Shown here piece after piece: positions 24,010-36,395 of a stretch of DNA of 64,000 nt; the stretch's first letter is position 1; every line of letters starts with the position of its first letter. The DNA is from Cycas panzhihuaensis. Taxonomy: Eukaryota; Plantae; Cycadophyta. The DNA lies in NCBI GenBank assembly GCA_023213395.1, contig CM041465.1, positions 172,057,741-172,121,740 of the forward strand, given 5' to 3'. The notes under the pieces are model-generated. The model saw only the letters and a list, made by a program, of their open reading frames with translations. It ran no database searches and was not told the origin of the DNA. The translations under genes and the position numbers were made by a program.

Positions 24010-27000
24010 GAGGCCCTAAGACTGAGTTACCTTTAGAATAGTTTAAACTTCATCTTTTGTAGAGGTTTAGTGAAGATATCTGCCACTTGATCTACTATGG
24101 GGCAGTATTCCAGTTGAATTATACTATCATGAATAAGTTCTCTAATCCTCTTGACTTTCGTACTTAGGTGTTTGGTACGAATCGTGAAATACAAGATTTT
24201 TCGTCATGCAGATTACTGATTCATTATCCACATGAAGACTGGTAGGACTTGTTTGGGTGATATTCAATGTTTCCAATAATTTTTTAAGCCATATCACCTC
24301 CTTGTTGGTCTGAGAAATAACAATATATTCAACTTCAGTAGTTGAATCTGCAACTATCTTCTGCCATCTGTATCTCCATGATATTAGTGCCATTCCAAGA
24401 AATGTTACATACCCAGACATAGATCTTCTTGTATCTTTATCTTTTGCAAAGTCTAAGTCTATATATGCAGAAAGCTTGAAATCTGAATTAGGTTCATACA
24501 ATAGACCATATTTGTTGGTCATCTTAAGGTATCTCAACACTTGGATTGCTGCCTACCAATGATTCTACTTAGGATTTATCATATAACAAGCAAGATTGCC
24601 GATAGAGTATATAATATCTGGTCTTGTATTGGTAGTGTAGATTATACAACCTACAAGTTTCCTGTAGAGTGTTACATCTGCCTCCCTAGTATCACCTTCA
24701 GTTGAGAGTTTGGTATTAGGGTCCATAGGTAAAATCACTGGTCAAGCATCTTTTAACTGAAACTTGGTTAGAAGATCATTGATGTATTTTTCTTAGGAGA
24801 GGAAAATTTTTCCATTCTTTTGTATTACTTCAATTACCAAGTAATATTTCATCAAACCAAGGTTAGACAATCTGAACATTTTTCCAAGGTTCTTTTTCAG
24901 CTGCCTTATTACCTGTTCACTGTTACCCATTACTAACATGTCATCCACAAAGATTATGAGATAAGTGACTTTATCCTTACGGTGCTTGATGAATAATGTT
25001 ACATCAATATCTTGGTAGTCACAAACTTTGTATCCAAGTTACCTCATTTTTTTAAACAACTTGGCAAACTAAGCACAAGGAGCTTGTTTAAGGCCACACA
25101 AGGACATTTTGAGCTTACAAACCTTATACTCATGACCTTCAATCTCATATCCTTGTGGCTGAGCCATGTAAATTTCTTCTTCAAGATCTCTATTGAGAAA
25201 CATAGTTTTAATATCGAGTTAGTGGATTTTCCAACCCTATTGAGTAGCTAAGGCCACAAGAGTTCTAATTATAGGCCACTTGGTTGTAGGTGCAAATACT
25301 TCAGTGTAGTTGATGCCTTCCCTTTGTGTAAATCCTTTAGCTACCAACCTCACCTTGTATTTTTCAAGGGTCTCGTCTTATCTATATTTGTTTTTGAACA
25401 CCCATTTATTTTGAACTATCTTTCTGGTAAGTGGTAGATTAACGAGCTCCCATGTACCATTCTTTATAAGAGATTGGTACTCTTTGTTCATGACATTTCT
25501 CCAAACTATATGTTTTATAGCTTCTTGGTATGAGAGAGGCTCTTTATTAAGAGTAAGATACAGTTCTGCTAGTTCAAGCTCAATATATAATGATTCTTAC
25601 ATCCTTTCTCTATAGGCACTTCGAGTGCCAATTTTACCCACTTCATCTGGTCATATGTCCTTATTGAGTTGGTAGGCTTCTCGAGATCCTCTAGTTGGGA
25701 ATGAGGTCCTCATTTCCTCAACTCCTTAGTTCTTATCTTGTTCATTAAAATGATTATTTTGTGAGGAGGATGTTGATGTGCGTGAGGAAGATGATCCTTC
25801 TACCACTATTTTATCTTTGTCGACTGAAGGTGGAGAGGATGGTTTTTCTATAATGGCTTTGCCTTTGTAACTCTACTATATTCAAATAATGGTATTGGAT
25901 GTGCACTCATCAGTTTAGAGTCACAAATTATATCCACAGAGGCTCTATTGTTAGCTTCTAATATTTAGAGTAATTTGTGTCTGTCCCCCTCCCAAAATTT
26001 TAGAATTTGAACATCATACTTCATAACATGATTATAGCAATGTGAAGGTAATTTGGAGTCCAATTTAAGTAACTAATCCTCTGTCTCTACAAAACCAACA
26101 TCTTTGGTAACAATGATTTTTCATTGTGAAGGTATAAAAACCTTATACCCTTTCTTATCCATAAGGCATCCAATAAAGATGCCTTTAAGTGCCCTTGGCT
26201 GGAGTTTATTTCGATTTACATCCAGAATGTGGGCATAGTATGCAGAGCCAAAATTTTTTAAGTTGTGAATAATGGGAGCTTATCCTGACCAATTTTTATT
26301 ACGTGATTATACTTCCTTTGATAGGCTAGCAACATTGATATAATAAACAACTGTCTAGATAGCTTTGGCCCATAGGTAGGTAGGTACATTTTTGTATATC
26401 AACATAGCCTGATCCATGTTCATGATTATCCTATTCATGCACTCATCAACTCCATTTTATTGTGGGGTACTTGCTACTGTTGTTTGATGCTTAATGCCAT
26501 TGTATCGAAGGTAGCTTTCAAACCCATGTGAAATATATTCGCCACTATTATCAGTTCGAAGATATTTGAGTTGATAAACTAACTCTTTTTTAGTGAGGGA
26601 TTTAAATTATTTGAATATACAGAAGGCTTTATCTTTCTTATATAGAAAAGCTACCCATACTTTTCTAGTGAAATCATCAATGAAAGAGCTGTAAAATAAT
26701 TTACTCTTCAGTGAAAGAATGGGCATTGGCCAGCATAAATCAGAGTGTACCAATTATAATAGATAACTCAATTTCCACTGACTTTTAGGAAAGGGTTGTC
26801 AATGAGATTTAGAAATGATACACGATTTACATTTAAAGGGCTTAGAGAAGAACTTTGGAAGATTTGGAAGAGTGTTAGAAAGATGTCTAAGTCTATTAAT
26901 ATGAACATGGCCCATGCAAACATACCAAAGAGCTTCTGGTAACAACGTTGGATGGGACAAGATGGAATTAAATACAAATTCTTCATCAGCATAAGGGCTT

Positions 27001-28580
27001 TAGGCATAATAGGCTTCATAAGATGGAGAGCTATTCAGTCGAAAGAGTTTGCTAGAGAGATGTCCAGTCAAGACTACATGATTAGTTGGAGGGTGAATGA
27101 CTTGGAGAGTCTAGTCATTTATGGTTACACTTAGATCAAATCCACAAGAGACAAGTGTGGATAAGGAGAGTAGGTTTTATTTGAGATTGGGTATGTATAA
27201 GACATTAAGCAATGTAAAATCTTCTAAGCCTGGGAGTTTCAAGCGAATGTTACCAATTCCTTCAATAGGTTATTGTGATTTATCAGCCATGTGAATAACT
27301 CCTTGAACATTTGAGTCAAATGTTTAATATAGACTACGATTGCATGTCATATGTTGAGTTGCTCATATGTCCACGATCCATTGTCCTTCGATTGAAGCCA
27401 CACTATTAGAAATTCCAATAGGGCTTGACATTGGTGAAGGGAATTCACAAGTGATATATCCACATCAAGCTTCAAAGTATCTCTTTGGTTAGTCAATGGA
27501 ATTTGATTCTGAAGATCCCTCAATTCTTTAAACATGTGCTTGTACAAAACTTACACCACTAAATGATTCTTCACAAGTTTCTTTAACATTGTGAGCTCCA
27601 TGTTTTGGTTGGAACTTGGCCAACTTATAAGTGATGGTTCTACAGTCTTTTGCTAAGTGTCCTTTATGGTTACACTGATCACACATAATAGTTTGATTAC
27701 TAGTCCCTGAAGAGGTACGAGTTTGTCTTGATTGTCTTGCTCTTTGTTGAGGTGGCCCTTGGCCTTGAGACTGTCGAGGCTGTGACTGAGGGTTTGGTTG
27801 ACCTTATAGATGATTTTCCATGTTTCTTCCTCTTCCTCTTACTCAGTCATTTCCTTTACCATGAGAGGGACCTTGATTTCTTGCGTAGCAAACTTCTTTT
27901 TCTACTTCAAATGCTGAATCTAGAAGAGAGTTAGAGACTACAAAGTTTGTATCAAAGGTCTTGTCAAATTTAATAAACTTATCAACAAGTGCTTCAAAGT
28001 TAAGTATCTTCAATGTTCCACTAGATTGAAGACTTCCAAGTAAGTTTTTATAATCAAGAACATATAGACATGACCAGATCAAGAATGCCTAAGTGATACA
28101 TTGGGTCTTAAAATCTTTATCAATTGGATGTTTGATTGGTCGAAGGAGATTTATTGTCTCATGAGATCATCCCTTTTGCATTTTTTATTTGTTCATTTTT
28201 ATAACAAGATAAACAAATTTTAAATCTGATTTGGTATCAAAGTTCTTCTTGAGAACTTTAGGGACCTTCCAAGCTATATCATGTTGCTTTTCATTAATCA
28301 AGTTATGCAAGGAGTGATCAGTGACCAACAGAATTCTTGCATAAATATTTTCATCATCTATCTCCCATTGTAGTTTGGTTGCAGTATCTATAGGAGTTGT
28401 TGGGGTGGATCCACCAGAAGCAGATGGTGTAATTATTGCTGGTATGCTGGGTGTAGGTTACAAATGGGCTCTCCAAAAGCCTTCATACTTTGCAGCATTT
28501 TTAACTCTAGTGTACCATAGATCCCAATTTTCTTTGCCTTTCAATATGCAATTAAAATTCTATTTGAATTGAGATAACAT
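24010..28580 (-). pseudogene. Element C gag-pol
   Basis: Gag LKGKENWDLWYTRVK; knuckle CDQCNHKGH; integrase FIDDFTRKVWV; RT FVDDML; RNase H DFAKDKDTRRS..QVADIFTKPL; many stops. Confidence 0.92.
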
Positions 28581-28779
28581 GGTGATGATGAAGAAGTAGA
28601 AGAGATGATAGAAGTATGTGCCACTAACACGTGTGGCTAATACACCTAGTACAGGATGGATACAGAAGTAAATGCTATGATGAGAAACAAGTAATAATTA
28701 AATATTTTTCAATAACTATAAAAAATGAACATATGCAATGATGCAAGAATGAGGCCTAATGTAGAGTTGGTAAAGAGCG

Positions 28780-29315
28780 GTGATGTGTCATGCCACTAAC
28801 CTCTCACTTATGTCCAAATGTAGGTGAGGTTTCAATGCATAAGGCTTCTAGTATACAATTAAGGCCTTCACTCGTGATACATGTACCTACGCTTGGTGAT
28901 GAAATCCAAGTCATAATAAAGCCCAAGTACTCCCAGTCCTCACCCAATTCACCAATGAGTAGCTATATACCTCCTCCAAAGAGTCAAACGGTACTGTGTA
29001 TCCCACGGCTCTGACAAATATTGGACTGGGTTAATTCTAATCTTACATTAAGGTTTTCAGTTTCTGGGGTGGTTATTAGGATTATGTCTGATTGGAGGTC
29101 ATAGATATGGCTAACCTATCCCTCCACCACTACTCTATTTAAGACCAGACCTAGTATGAAACTCACACCTCCTTTTGGGCCTGGACTTCAGCCAACCTTA
29201 GTCTATTTCAACCAAGGCGAGTATGTGTACAAGTTAAGAACTAGTAGTATAGATCGTATGAATGAGATTCCTTTTAGGAATAGTATAAGATGTTTCCGTA
29301 TAACTGAAAACTAAA
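28780..29315 (-). pseudogene. Decayed ~180-codon ORF of unknown function in the 5' leader of copia C
   Basis: A minus frame interrupted only by TAG/TGA codons and one frameshift (intact in copy 2; ORF 46465-46647 is part of it). Confidence 0.45.
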
Positions 29316-30842
29316 ATAAAAAGTTGTCTAATGTGCTTACTTATTTTTTGTGCTTACTTTATTATTGTTGTTGCTTTATGTAATGCTTTATGCTATGTGC
29401 GTAAATAGAAAAAGCATGCTAGATTTAACAGGGGAACTAGATGTTGGTTTCGATCTAAGGTTTCCCCTACTTTAGTATAATGTTTCTAAATATGTTTTTG
29501 GAAGTTTTGATACAAAAGCCACAATGGAATAAAAGGTGGATCAACTTGCTACTAAAATGCTGATTTTTATAAATATACATGTATGCTATTTTGCCCTATT
29601 TTGTGATTTTTTCACAAAATTTACAAATAATGATAAATGGGTATAATTTTTAAAAATTATAAATATGGGCCTAAATAATGAAATATGAATTTATGACAGA
29701 AGGAAAAAGTGTTCAGAATGTCATTTCTAATAGAGTAGTGAAGTCAGGTTTCTTAAAAGGCACAAAAAATATTTTGCTCGAAAAAGCACAAAAGCAAAAT
29801 CCTGCCACATCCACTATCTCAGAATCTAAATTTCAATATGTTAAAAGTTACATTTTGACATGTACATTAACTTTTCCTTTTGATTCATCTCTAAAATCTG
29901 CCAAAAAGCTACCCGAAATACCCTTGTAATGTCCTTTGTGGGGTTGAGTAGGCAAAATTAGCAACCGTGAGAAAACTGCATAAATCTTACTAACCAGTAG
30001 ATGAAATTTGATGAGATTTATCTTAAAATTATTCTAAGACATAAATCTACCAAATCCATTAATAAAAATTTTAGATTTTGAGCTAATAATTAAAGGATTT
30101 CATTAGGAAAAGTACCTTAAATCACTTATCCATAAATTTTATACTTTTGTCATAGCTAAAACTCATTGTTGCAGGCTGAATCTAAAAGTTTATTTAGAAG
30201 AAAAGAATGATCCTCTAGTCAAGGTGACCTTGTATGTCAAATTTTATCAAATTTTGATATGGTCAGTTTTTTTATGAAATTTTAGGCCCTTAATGCTTCC
30301 ATGACTGTTCTGGCAGTTGAGCGGCTTCAAAAACTTGTATTCTACACCTCTAAATTTTTGCACACATATAGAAAGCATCAACATATAAAGTACTATAATT
30401 TTAAGCTCTTAAAATGTTAAAAAATAATGAATACACTCTCAATACTTGACATTAAAAGTGAAGGAGAGGCAAAATGACTCCATGCAAATGGAATGGAGTG
30501 AATAGATCCCCTTATAGCTCTGATACCAAATAAAGGAAGGATGGATCTAGGGAATAAAGCACTCACATGCACACAATGGTAATAGAGAATGAAAAATAAA
30601 TAAAACAAGATATGAGAGCAAGCTTGGAGGTGTGAATGAATAATAACTCCCTCTTTGAGATTTCACATTTTATTATTGAAGGTGAGCATTAGGGTTAGGA
30701 TTTTCCTACCTAATGACATGAACCCAAAATTACATCTAAATGCACATAAAGTGCATTTCATTAAGAGACTAATGCTAATCAATATATCCTAAGGTCATAT
30801 AATTAATTTACATAAATGACCTTGATACATTAACCTCTTTCA

Positions 30843-33800
30843 CAAGGTGCTTTATATCTAATGAATGCTTTTTCATATAAGAATACTATAACATTCTTAG
30901 AGTTGGCTTCTTGAAATGATCTTGCTTTAACCCATTTTGTCACATAGTCTTGATGCTAGATGCATTGGCTCTATAAAATCAATAGCCCACATTTTGAAGG
31001 GCTCAATTGAAAAAAATTAGTGTAGAGGCACAGTAGATTCTTTGGATGGTTTCTCCATTCAATGGTAAGCATCATAATGAGTAACATACTACTTCACATC
31101 CTTGTGTAGAGAAGGCTAAAAGTATCTAATTATTAAGATTTTTTAGGCTAACCTCTTTATTACAAATGTTCTCCATAAGGTTCACTAAGAGTAGCTTTTA
31201 ATACATCAAATTGTTCATCATCCTTTAAGCATCTATGGATGATGTTATCAAACCCAACTTAATACAAGTGACGAACAATCCATATAGAATGGGAGTTAGT
31301 CCTTACCAATTTTCTTTGTTATTTCTTTAACAAATTTACTGGTATGAATCCTACAGTAACATAGTTCATGATGTTTTCAAACCAAGGATTGTTAATGGTG
31401 ATGGCAAATAAGTGCTCCTCAGGGAACCTATCTTCCAAAGGTCCATTTTTGTAAGCTGTATTCAATTGCTACAACATTTAATTTGGTAGATCTATCAATA
31501 ATGGTGATATCAAATCCCTGTAATTGAATTGTGAATGATAATGACAAATAAGTGCTTCTTAAGGAACCTATCTTCCAAAGGTCCTTCTTTGTAAGGTACA
31601 CTTGGTAGCTACAATATTTAGTTTGCCAGGTTTATCAACAATGCTAATATCAAATTCTGACAAACAATCTGAGGATTATTAGTCAATTTATACATCAAGT
31701 AATAGATTACATAATGCCTAGTAAGTATAATAGACTAAAAGCTACAATTGTACTGTCAAAACTTATTAAGTACAAATACTATTAGTAAGAACTCTTTTTT
31801 TATTATAGTGTAATTATGTTATGCTCCATGCAGGCATCTACTGGCATAGTGAATGGTGTCCTCCCTTGTCTATTTCTTTTATGCTAACACAACTCCTACC
31901 AATGTGTTTGAGATATCTATGTAGATATTAAAAGGCTATGCCTAATTAGGCCCTTACAAAACTAAAGCCTACATCAACTAATTCCTTAACAATTTAAAAG
32001 CATTAACATATTTGTTTGCCTATTTAAATGGATACTCCTTTTGCAATAATTAATGAAGGAGAGTTTCAATCTTACTAAAATTTTGAATAAATCTTCTATG
32101 GTACCCGGCATGTCCTAGAAAGCTTCAGATATCTTTCAACTTTTAAGGAGTTGCAGTTGCTTGGTCACTTGAATCTTTTACGGATCCACTACAATTCAAT
32201 GTCCTAAAAAGATGTGTCCAAAAACCAATCCTCCTATCAACAACTTAGTTTTCTTGCTATTAAGATAAGTTTGTTTCTTGTAGTTGTCAAACACCTTTTA
32301 CAACTATTGCAAAGCCTTGTTTATGGAGTTAGCGGAAAATAAGAAGTCATCCATATAAATCTTAATAAATTTATTGATGAAGTCTAAAAAGATTCTAATT
32401 ATTACTTTTTGAAAGGTGGCTAGAGCATTACAAATTATGAAAAGTGATACCTTATAAGCATATGTTCCCCATGGAATAGGTAAATATTGTCCTATCTTGG
32501 TGCTCCAATGGGATTGAAATCTATTTACAACCTAAAAAGCAATCTAAAAATGAAAAATACCTTTCCCAACTAATTTGTGGAGAATGTAGAAGTGATAATG
32601 ACGTGTAGCCTTGATTAATTCTTGGTAGTCAACATAAATGTGCCATTTGCCACCCTTCATCAAAACAACTACCAAAGATAAAACCCACCTGATATCCAAA
32701 ATTGGATAGATCCGGTTTGCATTCAACAACTTCTCCAATTCCTCCTTGACAACTTAATCATGTTCATGTTTAGTGTTTTTTATAGTTGCTTTATTGCCAT
32801 GCTTCCTTCTTTTGTGAATATATAACAATGGCATAAGGTAGGGCTAACACTTGTCAAGTCTTTGTATGCTCAAGAAAATACATCTATGTAATGTACGAGG
32901 ACTTTGTATATTTGATTTTTTCCCTCCTCTATGTAGAATGGTCCTATTTGAAAGTTTTATTGCCTAAAAATGTCATTAGACATGCTGCCATTTGTGGATC
33001 TAATTCTTCAGTAGATATAGTTTCTTCTACAACTATGCTACAAAAAGATGTACAATCTCTAATTAGAAGTTGGAAAATTAATATCTTTCTAAGTCATTCT
33101 CATCATCAGATTCAACCCATTTTGGCTAATCTACTTAGTCCCTTTATGAGTTTTCTAGTTGTATAGGAGTAAACAGAGATAGCAACCTAAAAATGTTTGT
33201 CATTTGTGATAAGCATTTTACTTGAACGATAAGTTATTACAATAATTGTTATTACTAGACAGGGTCTTCCCAAAATAATGTGATAGCCTTCCACCTCTCC
33301 TTTAGACTTAACAACCATGGAATCAATTGGAAATTTTTAGTTGCACACTTGCATAAAAATTTCAATCAAAATAACTTATAATTGGATCACAAATCTATCT
33401 CTCTCAATAATATTTGCATATTCTATATTCATTAAATCTCCACTTATTGCATGGTTTTGAGTGTTATCATGTTGATGTCCACACCGAAATCCATAGCCAA
33501 TCTTTCTAGCTTTCTCCCATAGATAAATATGTCCACTTCTAGACTTCTTAGATCTGCATATTTTTCAAATGGTTTTCTCCATTGCATGACATTTGTAGTC
33601 ATCCAACAAGAGTGTTAGATTCCAATTATTTCCTCTTTCTCTTCACACACTAATAAAAGTTCATGAATTGTTTAGAATAGATGGGTGTGTTCTTTAGTGC
33701 TTGAAGCAATGGAATACATATATAAATGTTTTGTAGTTGTTGATGAAAATTGCTCAAGGTATCTTCTTCATGGTCCTTTACCTATTCTAATCTTACCAAA

Positions 33801-34300
33801 AATGACACATTAAGTACTTCTCTCCTTTAGTAGGCTTGCTAGGATTCTTTTATGCCTCCATTCTATTTTTTTGGCACTAGAGGACCACTCATAAGGTTAT
33901 CTTTATCTGAAAATGAAAATACCCTACCTCCACCAAAAGGTGAAGGCAATTTTGTTTGTGTCAAATTCTAAACATGCCTTGCCTTCACCAAAATATGAAG
34001 GTAATTTTCCTTCATCCAAAGGTAAAAGTGGTTGTTGCACAAAATTTTCTCCTTCATTTTCAACTATAGGTGTGGTTTTGGATGTTATTTTCATGCATGT
34101 ATAAGTCTAAACCTTGTTTACTATCCCAAATGAGATTGCACTACCCCACAATGTGTATTTTCTCTTATTTGATCTTGCATAGTAAAATCACTTTGCTTTA
34201 CTATAATTAATGGCTATTATTAATCTATTGAATTTTCTTGCCCATTACATGCAAATTGTTGGCCTTTTGGTCTAACCCCACTTGGGTTTAAGATCACTTG
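30843..34300 (-). pseudogene. Element B gag C-terminus/PR/RT/RH/INT N-terminus
   Basis: WVLSLVVVLMKGGKWHIYVDYQEL (RT), IYMDDF, FLGHAGYHRRFIQNFSK, RNase H, and the integrase zinc-binding region. Confidence 0.88.
31396..31659. repeat. ~139-bp tandem duplication at the RH-INT junction of B
   Basis: CAAATAAGTGCT..GGAACCTATCTTCCAAAGGTCC..GCTACAA..ATATCAAAT occurs twice; also present in copy 2 (~48905-49165). Confidence 0.8.
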
Positions 34301-34690
34301 CATTAGCAAAGTGAGTTGGGAAAGTGAAATAGGGTGGGAAGGAGTACTATTCTTATTCCTGCCAGTCAACAATGCATACTATCTTCATATTTGATAATTT
34401 GTCTGCGTATGAGGATCATATCCGTTATGTGCTATAAATGAAAATTTCTAAAACTAAGAGGTTGGAAAGTATGGGCTAGTATATTAATGATATTGTGGAA
34501 TTACTAATTTAAATATAAAAATAAAATACAAACAAATGATCAAGTTACTCTCTTATAGTTCTGTGCCATCTCAATTAGATCACCAATCATCTACAAGTAG
34601 GATAAGCAATCAAGCAAGATAAAATAGTTTTATTTATGATGGCAAAACATGTCTCATAAGATGAATGCCTACAACAATTTAGCGCCATTT

Positions 34691-35035
34691 TGACTTAACA
34701 AGCATGGAAGCTCATTGGTGACACAGTCACAAGTTGAACCCTTAGTGGTGAGGTAAAAATTCTTATTCTATTATTTTATTATAAGATTCATTTTTACATG
34801 TCAAATTAGATACGTAAAATAGTTACCTAACCTATCAGGTTACAACACCTTTTACAACTACTTTCAATTCATCTTTTCTATTCATATTAATTGTGCAAAC
34901 TATCATGGTTAAGTCATAGCATCATTTTTGATATGTTGCCATCATCTTTTGTTAAAGGTAGGGCTATCTTCACCTTTTATTAAAGGCAACTCATCTTCAT
35001 GAAAAGATGTGCCCAATTATACTTGTCTAAACACA
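34691..35035 (-). repeat. Candidate 5' LTR of element B
   Basis: TG at 34691, 3 nt from the PBS-like TGGCGCTA; CA at 35035 next to a purine tract; contains the B palindrome motif. No partner LTR in the window. Confidence 0.45.
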
Positions 35036-35610
35036 TTTCCCCCTTTCTGAGGCATTCATTTTACATTATAAATCATCATGGTTTTCATCACATGTAATCG
35101 AGCAAATGTATTTACAAAAATACACAAGAAATCACATAAAACTTCTTTAGATGCAACTACATAAATCAACTAATCATAGATCACATAAGTTCTATCAAAC
35201 GTTGCTAAAGAAAACATTTATAACTGCATGTATACCATAGAAGGGATCTCATTAAATAGATTAATTACATCAAAAATAATTTAGACATGTCCTATTGTAA
35301 ATATCAAAAAGGAAACTAAGAGTAGAAATTGACATAAAAGAGGGTAGGGATGTGGCCTATTTTTGGTCACATCATATATTTAAACCCAATGGCGATATTA
35401 TGATATCCTTTATGTTTATCTTTCTTACATATGACTTGTTAACTTTAAAAAATCCATTTACAGCTTTTAAGTGAGTATTTAAAGCTTATCAATCTTATTT
35501 CATTAATGAGCGTGGACCAAATTTAAACTCTCTTTTTTTTCAAGTAAATCTTACATTTTTGTTCTTTATGATGTAAATGCTTTTCATGTTTCTCTTGCCT
35601 TATCTCCATT

Positions 35611-35745
35611 AACCATATTGGTTGGCAAGTAAAATTAAGGACATATTTTTCAAAGAGGACATGTACATTCTTGATTAAAACCATATTGGCTGGCAAGTAA
35701 AATTAAGCACATACTTTCCAAAGAGAACATGTACATCCTTGATTA
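35611..35745. repeat. ~68-bp two-copy tandem repeat
   Basis: AACCATATTGG(T/C)TGGCAAGTAAAATTAAG..CATGTACAT..TTGATTA x2; also at ~53123-53257. Confidence 0.8.
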
Positions 35746-36086
35746 TTCAAACAATATACCATAAGATTTCAAACTAAAATCTAGATGATTCAAGAAAGTT
35801 ACGGGATATTATTACCCATATCCTTTGTTTCTCTTTCTAAAACTTTGATGTTCAATGTGCTTCTCAATTATGTTGATAACCTTATATCTATCTTTATGTG
35901 CCTTTGTTTTGTAAATTACTATATTACAATGGCTTTAGGAATATTACAGATTAAATTATACTTATCATGCTTTCTCCAATCATAACATCCTAATTTACAT
36001 TAACAACATTAGAAATGCATACTATCCTTTTACTACAGATTTATGATATTTGAAGGGTCTTAATTTGGCCCCTTCAAATATATGCC

Positions 36087-36265
36087 TATCTATCTATCTA
36101 TCTATATATCTATCTATCTATCTATATACATACATATATATATGTATGTATACATATATATGTATACATATATATATATATGTATACATATATGTATGTA
36201 TACATATAGATATATGTATGTATACATATATATATATGTATGTATATATATATATATATATCTAT

Positions 36266-36296
<31 letters not shown>

Positions 36297-36354
36297 CATA
36301 CATATATATATACATACATACATATATATACATATATATATGTATGTATGTATG

Positions 36355-36393
<39 letters not shown>

Positions 36394-36395
36394 GT
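36087..36395. repeat. Compound microsatellite (ATCT)n/(AT)n/(AC)n/(ATGT)n/(TATATG)n
   Basis: Directly visible; the paralogous site at ~53598-53638 is only ~40 bp. Confidence 0.97.

Larger units (their letters stand above)
23237..30842 (-). mobile_element. Element C: full-length decayed Ty1/copia
   Basis: 312-bp LTRs 23237-23548 and 30531-30842; perfect TSD CAAGG; iMet PBS 30517-30528; PPT ~23549-23559; order gag-PR-INT-RT-RH. Confidence 0.95.
7914..35035 (-). mobile_element. Element B: old non-chromovirus Ty3/gypsy host element, split by D and C (pieces 7914-12374, ~22749-23236, 30843-35035)
   Basis: Integrase continues across both insertions (ELVSEKEKPFLN..YYP*ANGQVE at 22750-23230; QRK*WYD joins FNLGDW..LGP at 12280-12374). 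RT IYMDDF ~32350, protease-like MDFGVDINM ~33480. Candidate PBS TGGCGCTA at 34680-34687. Assignment of the 7914-11340 ORFs to B is inferred. Confidence 0.7.

Noticed and set aside
34691-34916. MITE or solo LTR bounded by a 9-bp inverted repeat
   Set aside because: No target-site duplication on the flanks.
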